Under the pieces are notes generated by a model. The model searched no databases, was not told the DNA's origin, and saw only the letters and a program-made list of their open reading frames with translations. 42,817 nt of DNA from a virus (taxonomy: Duplodnaviria; Caudoviricetes). Location of the stretch: positions 1 to 42,817 of the IMG/VR virus record IMGVR_UViG_3300037474_000136, one strand, 5' to 3'. The position numbers were made by a program, and so were the translations under genes. This document shows positions 26,302-35,074 of this stretch, piece after piece. The number at the start of each line of letters is the position of its first letter. The first letter of the stretch is position 1.

Positions 26302-26439
26302 GGGCTACCTCGAGGAAGGGTGGAAGGGGTAGGGTCGGCGGGAGCCGGGGAAGGGGTAGGAGGTGCGAATCCCCGACCCCCGCCGCCTACCGCGCCGAGC
26401 GGACACCCTCGCAGGGCCCGCTCAGCGCATAGGTTCATG
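26302..26439 (-). other. Structured intergenic element (two long hairpins and a repeated CCTACCCCTTCC)
   Basis: Minus-strand stems GCGCTGAGCGGGCCCT/GGGTGTCCGCTCGGCGC and GGCGGGGGTCGGGGA/TCCCCGGCTCCCGCC. Confidence 0.5.
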
Positions 26440-26847
26440 CTAGCGGGTTGCGCTCGACAGCTGAGCGTGCACGGTGACCATCAGCTTGGCGCCCGAGGCC
26501 GGGTCCTTCGCCACGCCAGCCTCGTCGAAGGTCTGGATGGTGATGAGGCCGGTCGAGGCCACCATGCTCAGGACACGCGCCTGGATGGCCGCCGTGTCGT
26601 TGGACGGGTCCGCGTCCGAGGTGACCACGCCGCAGCCCACGTAGAGCAGGGCGGGCACGCCGCACGAGGTGTTCTTGTGGCCCTTGAGCTGCACGGTGTA
26701 CGTGCCCTCCGCCGACCGCGCCAGCACGAGGCCGGTGCCGCCAACCTTGGTGCCCACGGCGCCGGTGGAGCCGATGGCCCAGTTGCCCGACATGATGGCG
26801 ACTGCGTTGTCCAGCGAACCCTTGAGTGGCTTGAATGCTCGTTCCAT
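26440..26847 (-). CDS. Putative capsid decoration/minor capsid protein
   Basis: 135 aa, beta-rich, directly after the major capsid gene; GGAG RBS. Confidence 0.6.
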   Translation of the reverse strand: MERAFKPLKGSLDNAVAIMSGNWAIGSTGAVGTKVGGTGLVLARSAEGTYTVQLKGHKNTSCGVPALLYVGCGVVTSDADPSNDTAAIQARVLSMVASTGLITIQTFDEAGVAKDPASGAKLMVTVHAQLSSATR

Positions 26848-26864
26848 GATGCTTCAATCTCCAG

Positions 26865-26903
26865 GAAGAAGCCCGACCACGCGAGTAAGGCGCGGCCGGG
26901 CTC
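26865..26903 (-). terminator. Weak intrinsic terminator after the major capsid gene
   Basis: 12-bp stem AGCCCGGCCGCG/CGTGGTCGGGCT followed by TCTTCC. Confidence 0.5.
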
Positions 26904-26916
26904 ATTCCGTTGCGGG

Positions 26917-28134
26917 TTACGCCGAGGGCAGGGTGATGACGCAGCTGTGGCCAGGCGCGCGGCAGCCAAGCTGTGCGCGGTAGCAGGCGCGGTACTCGAC
27001 AGCGTCGTCGTTGTAGACGATGAGCGAGTCGCCCAGGCCCGGGTGGCTCAGGAACTTGGGCGCGGCGCCCAGGCTGTAGAGCTTCCAGTCCTGCAGCGTC
27101 ATCATGTACGCCAGGCCCTTCGGGCAGTCCCGGTCGGGGATAATCTGCACGTCGTTGACGCCCTGGAGCACGATGCTGCGGAAGCTGATGGGGGCGACGG
27201 CCGACTGCACGCGGTCATACACGACGCGGCTACCGAGCGCGATGCGCAGGGCGTTCCAGTCGTCGGTGTGCATGAACACGTGGGAGGGCTTGCCGCCGTT
27301 CAGCACCAGCTTGGCCTCCGCAATCTGCAGGGCCTCCTCGATGCTGTTCGAGCTGCCGTCGTAGCGAACGCCGCCGAGGCGCACGACGTCCGTCGAGCGG
27401 TTCACGCCGAAGAACGAGGTCGAGCTGGGCGCGCTGGTCGGCAGCCACGACGCGACGCCCGCAATCCCGAGGCCGAAGTCGCCCTCCTGGAACAGGTAGT
27501 CGTTGTCGCTGAAGTTGCCGCCCGCCGTCCAGGTGACCGACGTGGTCAGGGTGCCCGCGTCACGGTCGATGGCCGTGATGGTGAGCGCCTGGCCGTCGTC
27601 CGAGCCGCTGGTGCCGTCCGTGTTCGAGCTGGTGATTTTCTCACCCTTCTCGAAGTTGACGATGTCGGCCGGGTTCTTGAGCGTCAGGGTCGTGGTCGAC
27701 ACGGAGCCGACTTGGCCCTTGGCGCCGCCCGCGTTGCGGTAGCAGGCACGCGCGAGCTGCGCGCCGAGGTTGCGGAACATGCCGTCCGTTTCCTCGGTGA
27801 GCAGGTTCACGAACGAACCGCTGCCCTCGCTCATCGCGGCCTCGTACGCTTCCATCTGGATGGAGGTCAGGCCGTAGTGGTTGACGCGGGTGATGAGGAA
27901 CGCGTCGTAGAGACCCTTGGCCTGGTTGGCCTGGGCCTTGGCGAACGACGCGGACACGCCCGTGTGCCCGCCCCAGTGGACGGGAATCTTGATGGCGGAC
28001 CCCTTGAAGTCCTCCATCTTCGGGAGCATCGCCAGGAGGGGGTGACCCTCGTAGCCCAGGAACTTCACCTGGTCGGCGGGGTAGAGCTGCTTGAGGACCG
28101 CATCGGCCTCGGAGGGGGTGATACCTACAGTCAT
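26917..28134 (-). CDS. Major capsid protein (HK97 fold inferred)
   Basis: 405 aa, strongly biased codon usage, LKQLY...P.LAMLPK N-terminus, and order portal-scaffold-capsid. Confidence 0.8.
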   Translation of the reverse strand: MTVGITPSEADAVLKQLYPADQVKFLGYEGHPLLAMLPKMEDFKGSAIKIPVHWGGHTGVSASFAKAQANQAKGLYDAFLITRVNHYGLTSIQMEAYEAAMSEGSGSFVNLLTEETDGMFRNLGAQLARACYRNAGGAKGQVGSVSTTTLTLKNPADIVNFEKGEKITSSNTDGTSGSDDGQALTITAIDRDAGTLTTSVTWTAGGNFSDNDYLFQEGDFGLGIAGVASWLPTSAPSSTSFFGVNRSTDVVRLGGVRYDGSSNSIEEALQIAEAKLVLNGGKPSHVFMHTDDWNALRIALGSRVVYDRVQSAVAPISFRSIVLQGVNDVQIIPDRDCPKGLAYMMTLQDWKLYSLGAAPKFLSHPGLGDSLIVYNDDAVEYRACYRAQLGCRAPGHSCVITLPSA

Positions 28135-28140
28135 GGTTGG

Positions 28141-29094
28141 TTACGCTTGGCGGCGGCTCAGCGCGTTCAGCTCTTCGATGGCGTTCCGCAAGAGTGCGGC
28201 CCGGTCGAAGGGGTCAACGGGTGCCTTGGCGCCGCGGGATTGAGTCTGTTGATTCGTGAGGGTCGCGGACGGTCGGACCATCGGGGTGTTGGGCTTACTC
28301 GGGGCCGTTTCTGCGGGAGCCGTAACCGTTGCTCCGGGGAGTCGCTGAACCCGTTCGCGCAGTTGCTTTTCGAGTTGCCGCGCAGCCTCCTTGGGCTCAA
28401 GGGTGCTGCGGCCGTTCGTACGCTGAAGTTCCCGCCCCATGAGGTCGAACACGGCGTTGGCCAGCTCCTGCTCGCTGAACCACCCGGCCACCAGGGGGAT
28501 TTCCGCCTTGATTTCCGAGACTTGGGCGGGAATGAGTTGCCCCACCAGCTGCTGGCGCGCGGCCTGGCGCTCGGCTGCGGCGGCGGCCTCGGCTGCGGCG
28601 CGGTCGCGCGCGGCGATGCCGTCCTTGACCTGCTTCAGCTCGTCCTGGAGCCGGCGCTGCGCCACGGCCTCGGGCGTCGAGCCCATGGCCTGCAGCCGAA
28701 CCAATGACTCGAGGTCCCACTTGTGGCGCTCGAGGAGGGTGAGCGGGTTCTCGGCCAGCTCGCGTTCCATCGCCTCGGCGCGCTCCAGGGCGGCCTTCGC
28801 GGCGGCGCGGGCCTGCTCCAGCTCGGCCTTGCCCTCCTGGCGGACGCGCAGGGCCTCGGCCTCTAGGCGGGCGGCGGCCTGGATGCGGGCGTCGAGGTCA
28901 GACGCCATCGGAGGCTGCACGGGCGCCTCGGGCGCGGGCGCGGCCCCGCCGGCTGCGGGGGGTGTAGCGGCGGGCGCCTCGGCGCCGCTGCGGGCGGCCA
29001 GGGCGGCCTCCAGCGCGGCCTCGGCTTGGGCGTGGCGGTCGGTGGTGGCGGGCTCAGCGGGCGCGGGTGCGCCCTCCTCGAGGGTTTCGGACAC
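28141..29094 (-). CDS. Capsid scaffolding protein
   Basis: Pro/Ala N-terminus, long coiled coil, C-terminal TLTN motif; GGAG RBS then GTG. Confidence 0.7.
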   Translation of the reverse strand: MSETLEEGAPAPAEPATTDRHAQAEAALEAALAARSGAEAPAATPPAAGGAAPAPEAPVQPPMASDLDARIQAAARLEAEALRVRQEGKAELEQARAAAKAALERAEAMERELAENPLTLLERHKWDLESLVRLQAMGSTPEAVAQRRLQDELKQVKDGIAARDRAAAEAAAAAERQAARQQLVGQLIPAQVSEIKAEIPLVAGWFSEQELANAVFDLMGRELQRTNGRSTLEPKEAARQLEKQLRERVQRLPGATVTAPAETAPSKPNTPMVRPSATLTNQQTQSRGAKAPVDPFDRAALLRNAIEELNALSRRQA

Positions 29095-29110
29095 GATTCG
29101 GAACTCCGGG

Positions 29111-31057
29111 TTACGGTTGCTGCGGGGCCGCCGCCGCACCTTGTGGCGGGGCCTGGACCGGCGAAGCTTGCTCGGCCGGTGCGCCGGCAAAGACACCGGC
29201 GGGAACTTGGATGGCGGGGTTGGGCGCGGCGGTGCGCTTCAGCAAAGCCTCGGCGAAGGTGATGTACTCACGCACGAGCGCGATGCGGTCCTCGGGGACG
29301 CCGTCGCACTGGGCCTTCAGGATGGACTGCTGCGCCACGCGCACGGCCTGGGTCAGGTCCTGGTACGGCTCGGGCTGCACCGGCTCGCCGTCGCCCAGCA
29401 TCCGCTCGATTTGCCGGCTGAGGTTCTCCCGGTCGGCCGTGGCGAGGTCGGTGTCGGCGCGCAGGTCGGGGAAGTCCAGCAGGCGGCGGGCCTCGGCGGC
29501 GTCGACCCAGCCCGCGGCGCTGAGCCGCTCGACTTCCTGGATGCGCGCGGCCGGTGTGGTCGGCAGCACGGAGGTCGGAAATACCTGGATGATGTAGCCG
29601 TCCGAGTCGATTTCGACCTCGGACCACTTGAGCTTGATGGTCGCCCGGCCGTTCAGGGCGCGGATGACGAACCCCTGCCGGTTCCCGCCCTCCCGCAGGC
29701 GCGTGTCGATTTCCTTGGCGCAGCGGATGAGCTGGCGGGCCATCAGTTCGCCCACGGCGAACTCGAAGTGGCGGCTCACGCTCATGAACCGCTCGCTATG
29801 CTCCTCGGCCAGCTGCTCGAGGGCTCGCCCGCTCTCGAGGCCCGGCGGCGCCGTGGCGGACGCGGCCAGCTGGTTCGACCCCAAGATTTCGAACGCCTTG
29901 GCGTACAGGCTCCACAGGTGTTGGTAGACCTGTGGGCTCACGGGGTTGAACGTGACGACCTGGATGGCCTCGGACAGCGGCCCGGCGTGGGCCGAGTCGA
30001 CCTCGAGCACCTGCGCGACCAGGTTGGTCAGCTCGCCCGGGGTGACGATGGCGTCCTTGCGGCGGAGCACGAACGGCTGCGCCACTTTCTGCATTGACTC
30101 CTGGATGAACTGCAGGAGCTTGTTGACCTCGACCTGGATGCCCGCGACCTCGTCGACCGCCGAGTCCCCCCAGAAGCCCTGCACCGGACGGCTCCAGTGC
30201 ACGAAGACGAACGGGAACTCCTGGCAGGCCCAGTCCTCATCGACCGTGACCCCGTCGCCCACCACGATGACGTGCCGGCCGTTGTACTCGGACCGCTCGC
30301 AGCGGTAGTCACGGCTGCGCCCGTCGCCCTCGTACGTGCCCACCTCGTCGGCCGGGCAGGTCGGCAGGCACCAGCACTCGACCACGCGAACGTACCCCTC
30401 GGACTTCGACTCGCCGCTGCGGGCGCTGTCGTCGACCTTGGGGTTCTTGGCCTCGGGGTGTAGCGACTCGACCTGCGACTCGGCCACCCACTTGACGCGG
30501 TAGAGGCACCGCGGCTTGCCGTACATGGCGTCGGCGCGGTCGGTGAACAGCTCGTAGCAGGGCGTGCGGTCGCACCGTATGCGCGAGCCGTGGGCGTACG
30601 GCTGGAACACGCCGGTGCCGAGCACCATCGCGTCCCGGAAGACGTCCATCGACTGCTCGTAGATGTCCGCCTGGTGGTAGGCCCCGTCGAGGAAGCGCTG
30701 CAAGTCCTTGGCGCGACGCTGGGTGCTCCAGTCGCCGCCGTCGGTCAGGAACGTGGGCCGGGGCCGCAGCTTGCCGACCTTGGCCGTGATGGTGTCGACC
30801 GCCGCGCGGATGACGTTCAGGCGGAGCTTGTCAGCGTTCCCGCCCAGCACGTCGGGCGCGGGGTTGGTGCTCGGGTTCTCCCACGGGCGGATGGTCCGCG
30901 CCTTGGTGCCGCCGTACAGGCGCAGGTTGCGAGTGTATCGCAGCAGCCGCTGGCTGTCCTGGTCGAGCAGGCGCTTGGCCTCGCCGTTGACGCACCCGGC
31001 CAGCTCATCGGACATCTCGTCCGTTTCGTACCAAGCCGCGCGCTGTAGGGGGTTCAT
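29111..31057 (-). CDS. Portal protein
   Basis: About 650 aa; LNVI..AVDT..AK....RPRP.F, DA.V.GTG, FPFV..W...G.WG, Q.E.N. Start uncertain (31057-31096). Confidence 0.85.
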   Translation of the reverse strand: MNPLQRAAWYETDEMSDELAGCVNGEAKRLLDQDSQRLLRYTRNLRLYGGTKARTIRPWENPSTNPAPDVLGGNADKLRLNVIRAAVDTITAKVGKLRPRPTFLTDGGDWSTQRRAKDLQRFLDGAYHQADIYEQSMDVFRDAMVLGTGVFQPYAHGSRIRCDRTPCYELFTDRADAMYGKPRCLYRVKWVAESQVESLHPEAKNPKVDDSARSGESKSEGYVRVVECWCLPTCPADEVGTYEGDGRSRDYRCERSEYNGRHVIVVGDGVTVDEDWACQEFPFVFVHWSRPVQGFWGDSAVDEVAGIQVEVNKLLQFIQESMQKVAQPFVLRRKDAIVTPGELTNLVAQVLEVDSAHAGPLSEAIQVVTFNPVSPQVYQHLWSLYAKAFEILGSNQLAASATAPPGLESGRALEQLAEEHSERFMSVSRHFEFAVGELMARQLIRCAKEIDTRLREGGNRQGFVIRALNGRATIKLKWSEVEIDSDGYIIQVFPTSVLPTTPAARIQEVERLSAAGWVDAAEARRLLDFPDLRADTDLATADRENLSRQIERMLGDGEPVQPEPYQDLTQAVRVAQQSILKAQCDGVPEDRIALVREYITFAEALLKRTAAPNPAIQVPAGVFAGAPAEQASPVQAPPQGAAAAPQQP

Positions 31058-31099
31058 CGGGTAAGGCACCTCGAACCCACGCACGTCCCGCCCCACCCA

Positions 31100-32070
31100 G
31101 GGATGAAAATAGTACGGTCGTGCTGCGTCGACGGACCACCCTCAACAAACTCATGGAGTTACAAAATAGTTCGGGGGCACTCCGGGGGCGGAGGATTCCT
31201 AAGAACGGAGGTAGTAAGGAGCGCCGAGGACGGCGCACGGCCTCCGAACCAGGCGCGACGCCACCTGACAGCGGGGCGGAGGGTACGGGAGCGAGGGGAA
31301 CGAAGGGGTCCCCAAAGACCCTCACCGAAGGGGACGGAAAGTGGGTACGGCCTCGGGGGGATAGGTGGCCGAACCCTCGACCCCGGTAGGGGGACGGGAA
31401 GTGGGGTCGGGCCAAGGGGTTCGGGAGCGGCGGCCGAGCGGAGGCGCCGCCGTAAGGGGGTAGCTTGACCGAGCGCCCGCACCGACGCGCCGAGCGCGTC
31501 GCGGTCGAGCCGCACCAGCGGAAGGTTACGCCGTAGCATCCTGGCCGAGCGGCCGGGAACGCTACCCAGGCGCAGCCGGGAAATCCTGGAGCCGCCCTCG
31601 GGAGTTTCGTTGCTCGGGTCCCCCTTCGGGGCCCCACCTTACCGGGGTATCAATCGAGATTCCGTATCACGATACGTCGCCAGGCGTACATGGGCGCCGG
31701 CACGTCGACATAGCCGACATGACATCAATGTCGCGGTCTAAGCCCGCGTAACTACAGCGGACACACCATTCCCGCCATGTAACCCACGACTCGAATGTCA
31801 TACTCGAGCGTGATACAGCGGTTCACGGGCATGGCCAGCTCACGTATCGGATGAGCTACGGCCAAACGCACGTAGTTACGCGTGTTTGCGCACGTGGATG
31901 TGCGGTAGCGAGGGTGATACTAGGGGTTGTGGGTGAGCGCGACCGGCACGGAGCGTGCATACTAGGGCTAGTACGAACGCAACGCCGGCCGGCTCACCGA
32001 CTAGGCGCCAAGCTCAGCCCCCACGACCATACGCATATCGTCACGTATGGTCACGACGAAGGAGCGTCCC
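31100..32070. promoter_or_regulatory. About 1 kb non-coding divergent control region (candidate genome terminus/packaging site and promoters)
   Basis: Lies between the divergent portal and early-type operons; G-rich repeats and many inverted repeats; no credible ORF. Confidence 0.6.
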
Positions 32071-32071
32071 C

Positions 32072-32296
32072 GTGACCTACATTCTCACCCTCACCAAGGC
32101 CCTCACCCTCGTGGCCGCCAGCTACGCAGCCGACGGCAGCCAGCTCGCCCCGGCCATCGCGGTGGGCGACGAGGCGTTGTGCCCCAGCCAGCTCGACGAC
32201 AGTCGCTCCGACGAGGAGTACGAGTGCCGCGTGATTTCCATCGTGGACATGGGTCCCGCGCTGGGTTCCGTGGTAGTCTTGGGGAGCAACTCATGA
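32072..32296 (+). CDS. Small hypothetical protein
   Basis: AAGGAG RBS then GTG; first gene of the operon. Confidence 0.65.
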   Translation: MTYILTLTKALTLVAASYAADGSQLAPAIAVGDEALCPSQLDDSRSDEEYECRVISIVDMGPALGSVVVLGSNS

Positions 32297-32451
32297 GCCC
32301 GATGTTGCCCCCAAGCACCCCGAACGCGCTAGCCTACGCAGCTGCCATTCCCGTTACCGCCCCGCTCGTTCCGAGCGCGCTCGAAACCCCGTCAACCCGC
32401 GCCACCGTGCGCCCATGGAGAGCCGCTAGGCTCGAAAGGATTGCCAAGTGA
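32293..32451 (+). CDS. Small hypothetical protein
   Basis: ATGA and GTGA overlaps. Confidence 0.55.
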   Translation: MSPMLPPSTPNALAYAAAIPVTAPLVPSALETPSTRATVRPWRAARLERIAK

Positions 32452-32915
32452 GTTACGTACGCATGAACCTAACCCGCATGTTCGCGCACCATGAGCCGTG
32501 GGACTGCTCTAACAGCGTGGCGAACCTGGGCCCGCGCGCGGGCGAGCTGACCTGGGGCAACGCCCTGGCCATTGCCAAGTCGGCGCTGGAGGGGGACGGC
32601 TCCGCCCCCGAGTGGCCCTACATGTGGGACTGGCTCGCAACGCCGTTGGCGGACGCGCTGAACTACATCCGCGGGTGGGCGCGCGAAACCGGCGCTTGGG
32701 ACCGGGCGGAAATCGAGGCCTGGTCCGACGAGGAATGCCTGGCGCTGCTCGTACAGAACGTGGCGGATGACCTACGTCTGATGGGCGCCGATGACCAGGA
32801 GCTGGCCGAATGCGTGGCGACCTACCAGGACACCGATTGGGAAGCCGAGTCGGAGTACCCCACGCTGCACATCTGGAACGAGCGCGGGGAGACGTTCGGG
32901 GAGCTGTCGTCATGA
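32448..32915 (+). CDS. Acidic hypothetical protein
   Basis: 155 aa, Asp/Glu/Trp-rich; part of the overlapping gene chain. Confidence 0.7.
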   Translation: MSYVRMNLTRMFAHHEPWDCSNSVANLGPRAGELTWGNALAIAKSALEGDGSAPEWPYMWDWLATPLADALNYIRGWARETGAWDRAEIEAWSDEECLALLVQNVADDLRLMGADDQELAECVATYQDTDWEAESEYPTLHIWNERGETFGELSS

Positions 32916-33151
32916 GCGCCGCAACCCCCGCAACCCCCTATCGCAGCGGCCTACGCAAGGTCGTGCGCGTGGCCACGGGCTTCCGAGTCGTCTGCGCCCA
33001 CTGTAGCGGTGGCGGCGGCCAGGTCTACGTGAGTGCCGGCCGTGCGGCTGAGGTAGCCGTCCGGCGTCGCGACGAGCCGTGCCACGTGTGCGGCGCGCGC
33101 AAGGGCATCAGCGGTCGATTCCCGATTCCAAGGGTGGAGGTGAGGTCATGA
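32912..33151 (+). CDS. Small Zn-finger-like protein
   Basis: CAHC...CHVC; ATGA overlaps. Confidence 0.6.
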   Translation: MSAATPATPYRSGLRKVVRVATGFRVVCAHCSGGGGQVYVSAGRAAEVAVRRRDEPCHVCGARKGISGRFPIPRVEVRS

Positions 33152-33492
33152 GGGTAACCGTTGAAGTGAGCGACGAGTGTGTCGAAGGTGCGCTATACGG
33201 CGCGTTCGACTCGGGCGGTATACGCTCCTGGGGCAGCGTGGTCGGTTGGACCACTCGGGGTCGGGACATCCCCACGGAGCCTATGCACGGTGGCTGGATT
33301 CGCATCGTAGCTCGCGAGCCCGGTGATTTCCATGCGGTCACCCTGACGACGCGCAAGCTGCGCGTGGGGTTACAGCTGATGGCGGAGCACAGCCCGGCGC
33401 GGTTCGCCGAACTCGTTTCCGGGCAGTACGACGCCAACGTTGGCGACGTGCTGGTTCAATACGCGGTGTTTGGAAAGGTGGTGTTCGGATGA
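33148..33492 (+). CDS. Hypothetical phage protein
   Basis: GGAGGTGAGG RBS; ends DA..GD...Q.AVFG.VVFG. Confidence 0.7.
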   Translation: MRVTVEVSDECVEGALYGAFDSGGIRSWGSVVGWTTRGRDIPTEPMHGGWIRIVAREPGDFHAVTLTTRKLRVGLQLMAEHSPARFAELVSGQYDANVGDVLVQYAVFGKVVFG

Positions 33493-33755
33493 CTGACCCG
33501 TACAACTGGAAAGCGCGGCACGATGCCGCCATGCAAGCGCCACGCAAGGATGAGCGCGTGCACGTGGCCATGGTCAGGGCTGTGCAGCAGGCGGTAGCCG
33601 CTGGGTGGGCCGAGGACGGTTACGCGTCCGACCATGTGGTCGAGCTGTGCCGCGCGGCGCGCGCGCTGCTGAACATGGAAACTGGGCGCCTGGACTGCGG
33701 GACCCTTGACACCTACTACTGCAAGGTGTTGCGCATGTGTGGGGAAGAGCCGTGA
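33489..33755 (+). CDS. Hypothetical protein
   Basis: 88 aa; ATGA overlap. Confidence 0.65.
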   Translation: MTDPYNWKARHDAAMQAPRKDERVHVAMVRAVQQAVAAGWAEDGYASDHVVELCRAARALLNMETGRLDCGTLDTYYCKVLRMCGEEP

Positions 33756-33958
33756 GCGACCCCAAGCCGACCACCCCCTTCCCGCCCGAACCTGGTAGCG
33801 GAATCCATGAGGTGCTGCCGCCTCCCACGCGGACGGCTCAGCGCCGCGCCGCCCGACCCGTGCCACCACTGCCGTCCGTCAACCTGACCGGCGCCATGCT
33901 CAAGGCTGAGCGCCCTACCGTGCGCATCGTTCGCATCCCGAGGAGACCCCGACCATGA
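33752..33958 (+). CDS. Small Pro/Arg-rich hypothetical protein
   Basis: GTGA and ATGA overlaps. Confidence 0.55.
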   Translation: MSDPKPTTPFPPEPGSGIHEVLPPPTRTAQRRAARPVPPLPSVNLTGAMLKAERPTVRIVRIPRRPRP

Positions 33959-34152
33959 CCGAAAGCTGGGCGTTATTTTGTGCTGACACTGGCGATGAGC
34001 TGACCCGCGGCTGGCAGGGTACGGAAGCGCAAGCGCGGGCGCTCGCGCGCCGCACGGCCACTCGTGTTGGTAGGCCCGTGGAGTTTGTCGCGGAAAGTCT
34101 GCTGCTGGACTACGAGGACGAGGCGCCGCAGGGCGAGGTGGTAGAGCCATGA
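33955..34152 (+). CDS. Small hypothetical protein
   Basis: AGGAG RBS; overlaps both neighbours. Confidence 0.6.
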   Translation: MTESWALFCADTGDELTRGWQGTEAQARALARRTATRVGRPVEFVAESLLLDYEDEAPQGEVVEP

Positions 34153-34430
34153 GCCCGCGGCTACCCTGGCATATGCTGGCCTGGCCCACCCCCGCGGAGT
34201 TGGAGGCGGAGTTGCGCAGCGCGCGCATCGCATGGGGGTACGAGGGTAAGGTTGGACTGGAGGTTTGTGCCACATGGTGGGAGGCGCACTACCTGCACCC
34301 AGAGTACCGCGTTTCCGCCTGGACGTGCCTGGCTGCGGTCGAAATGGCCGCCGACTCGGATTTGGCGGAGCTGGCGCGGGAGCTGATTCGCAAGGCTGAG
34401 CGCGCGGCGCAGGATGCGGAGGAGCTGTGA
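34149..34430 (+). CDS. Hypothetical protein
   Basis: 93 aa; overlaps both neighbours. Confidence 0.6.
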   Translation: MSPRLPWHMLAWPTPAELEAELRSARIAWGYEGKVGLEVCATWWEAHYLHPEYRVSAWTCLAAVEMAADSDLAELARELIRKAERAAQDAEEL

Positions 34431-34690
34431 GCTGGCTGGAACGAAGCTTGAAGGCTTTGGACCGCGAAACGCGGGACTGGCCGGATTGGAAGCGCGAAGC
34501 AGCCAGCAAGGACCCACACCTCGGGCTGAGCCCCCCGCCAACACCCGTTCCCGATGACCCGGAGACGCTGGCCTGGGACGATGAGGACCTACGCCCGTGT
34601 GTGCACTGTGGCCGACGGTTCAGCGAGGCGGAAATCGAGCTGACGCAAGGCTGGTGCCCGTGCTGCGGCGGGAAGCGGGCGGCGCCGTGA
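34427..34690 (+). CDS. Small Zn-ribbon protein
   Basis: CVHC...CPCC motif. Confidence 0.6.
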   Translation: MSWLERSLKALDRETRDWPDWKREAASKDPHLGLSPPPTPVPDDPETLAWDDEDLRPCVHCGRRFSEAEIELTQGWCPCCGGKRAAP

Positions 34691-34815
34691 GCCCGTTCGA
34701 CCCCGACGGCGACGACGACCTGACCGCCTGGCTGTGGCTGGGCTTCGCCGTGTGCTGGCTGTGGAGCCTCGGCACGCTGGCGACCTACATGCTGCTCGAA
34801 ACCCACACGTTCTGA
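34687..34815 (+). CDS. Small membrane protein (42 aa)
   Basis: Acidic N-terminus plus one TM helix; GTGA overlap. Confidence 0.5.
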   Translation: MSPFDPDGDDDLTAWLWLGFAVCWLWSLGTLATYMLLETHTF

Positions 34816-34829
34816 GCAGCGGACCGCTC

Positions 34830-34857
34830 ATTATACCCAACCTGGGTTATTGCTCAA
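34830..34857 (-). promoter_or_regulatory. Candidate antisense sigma70-type promoter
   Basis: Minus strand TTGAGC-16nt-TATAAT in the only gap of the overlapping chain. Confidence 0.5.
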
Positions 34858-34888
34858 CGACTCACCGGAGGTACGTTTCACCGTGCAC

Positions 34889-35074
34889 ATGCTCGCATCC
34901 CTGCTACTCGCTTGCTGGCTCGGGCCAGCCATCTGGAACGGCCTGCTCGGCCTCCTGCTCGCCGAGGACGCCTACCGCCGCAAGCAGTGGGAGGAGCGGC
35001 AACGCAAGGCTCGTCTGGCGCAGCGGTTGGGCGCCAGGACCTTAAACCCCAACGTAAAGGACACCCGAACATGA
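34889..35074 (+). CDS. Small membrane protein
   Basis: N-terminal TM helix and basic tail; the start may instead be GTG 34883. Confidence 0.55.
   Translation: MLASLLLACWLGPAIWNGLLGLLLAEDAYRRKQWEERQRKARLAQRLGARTLNPNVKDTRT

Noticed and set aside
25099-28707. 1202-aa + strand ORF and other long antisense ORFs (13959-15611, 28439-30097, 4426-5841)
   Set aside because: These are shadow ORFs of GC-rich genes on the opposite strand, Arg/Gly/Val-rich and without motifs.
4250-31392. GGTAGG recurring in intergenic regions
   Set aside because: A G-rich 6-mer is expected many times at this composition and it overlaps RBS-like sequence, so I cannot support enrichment.
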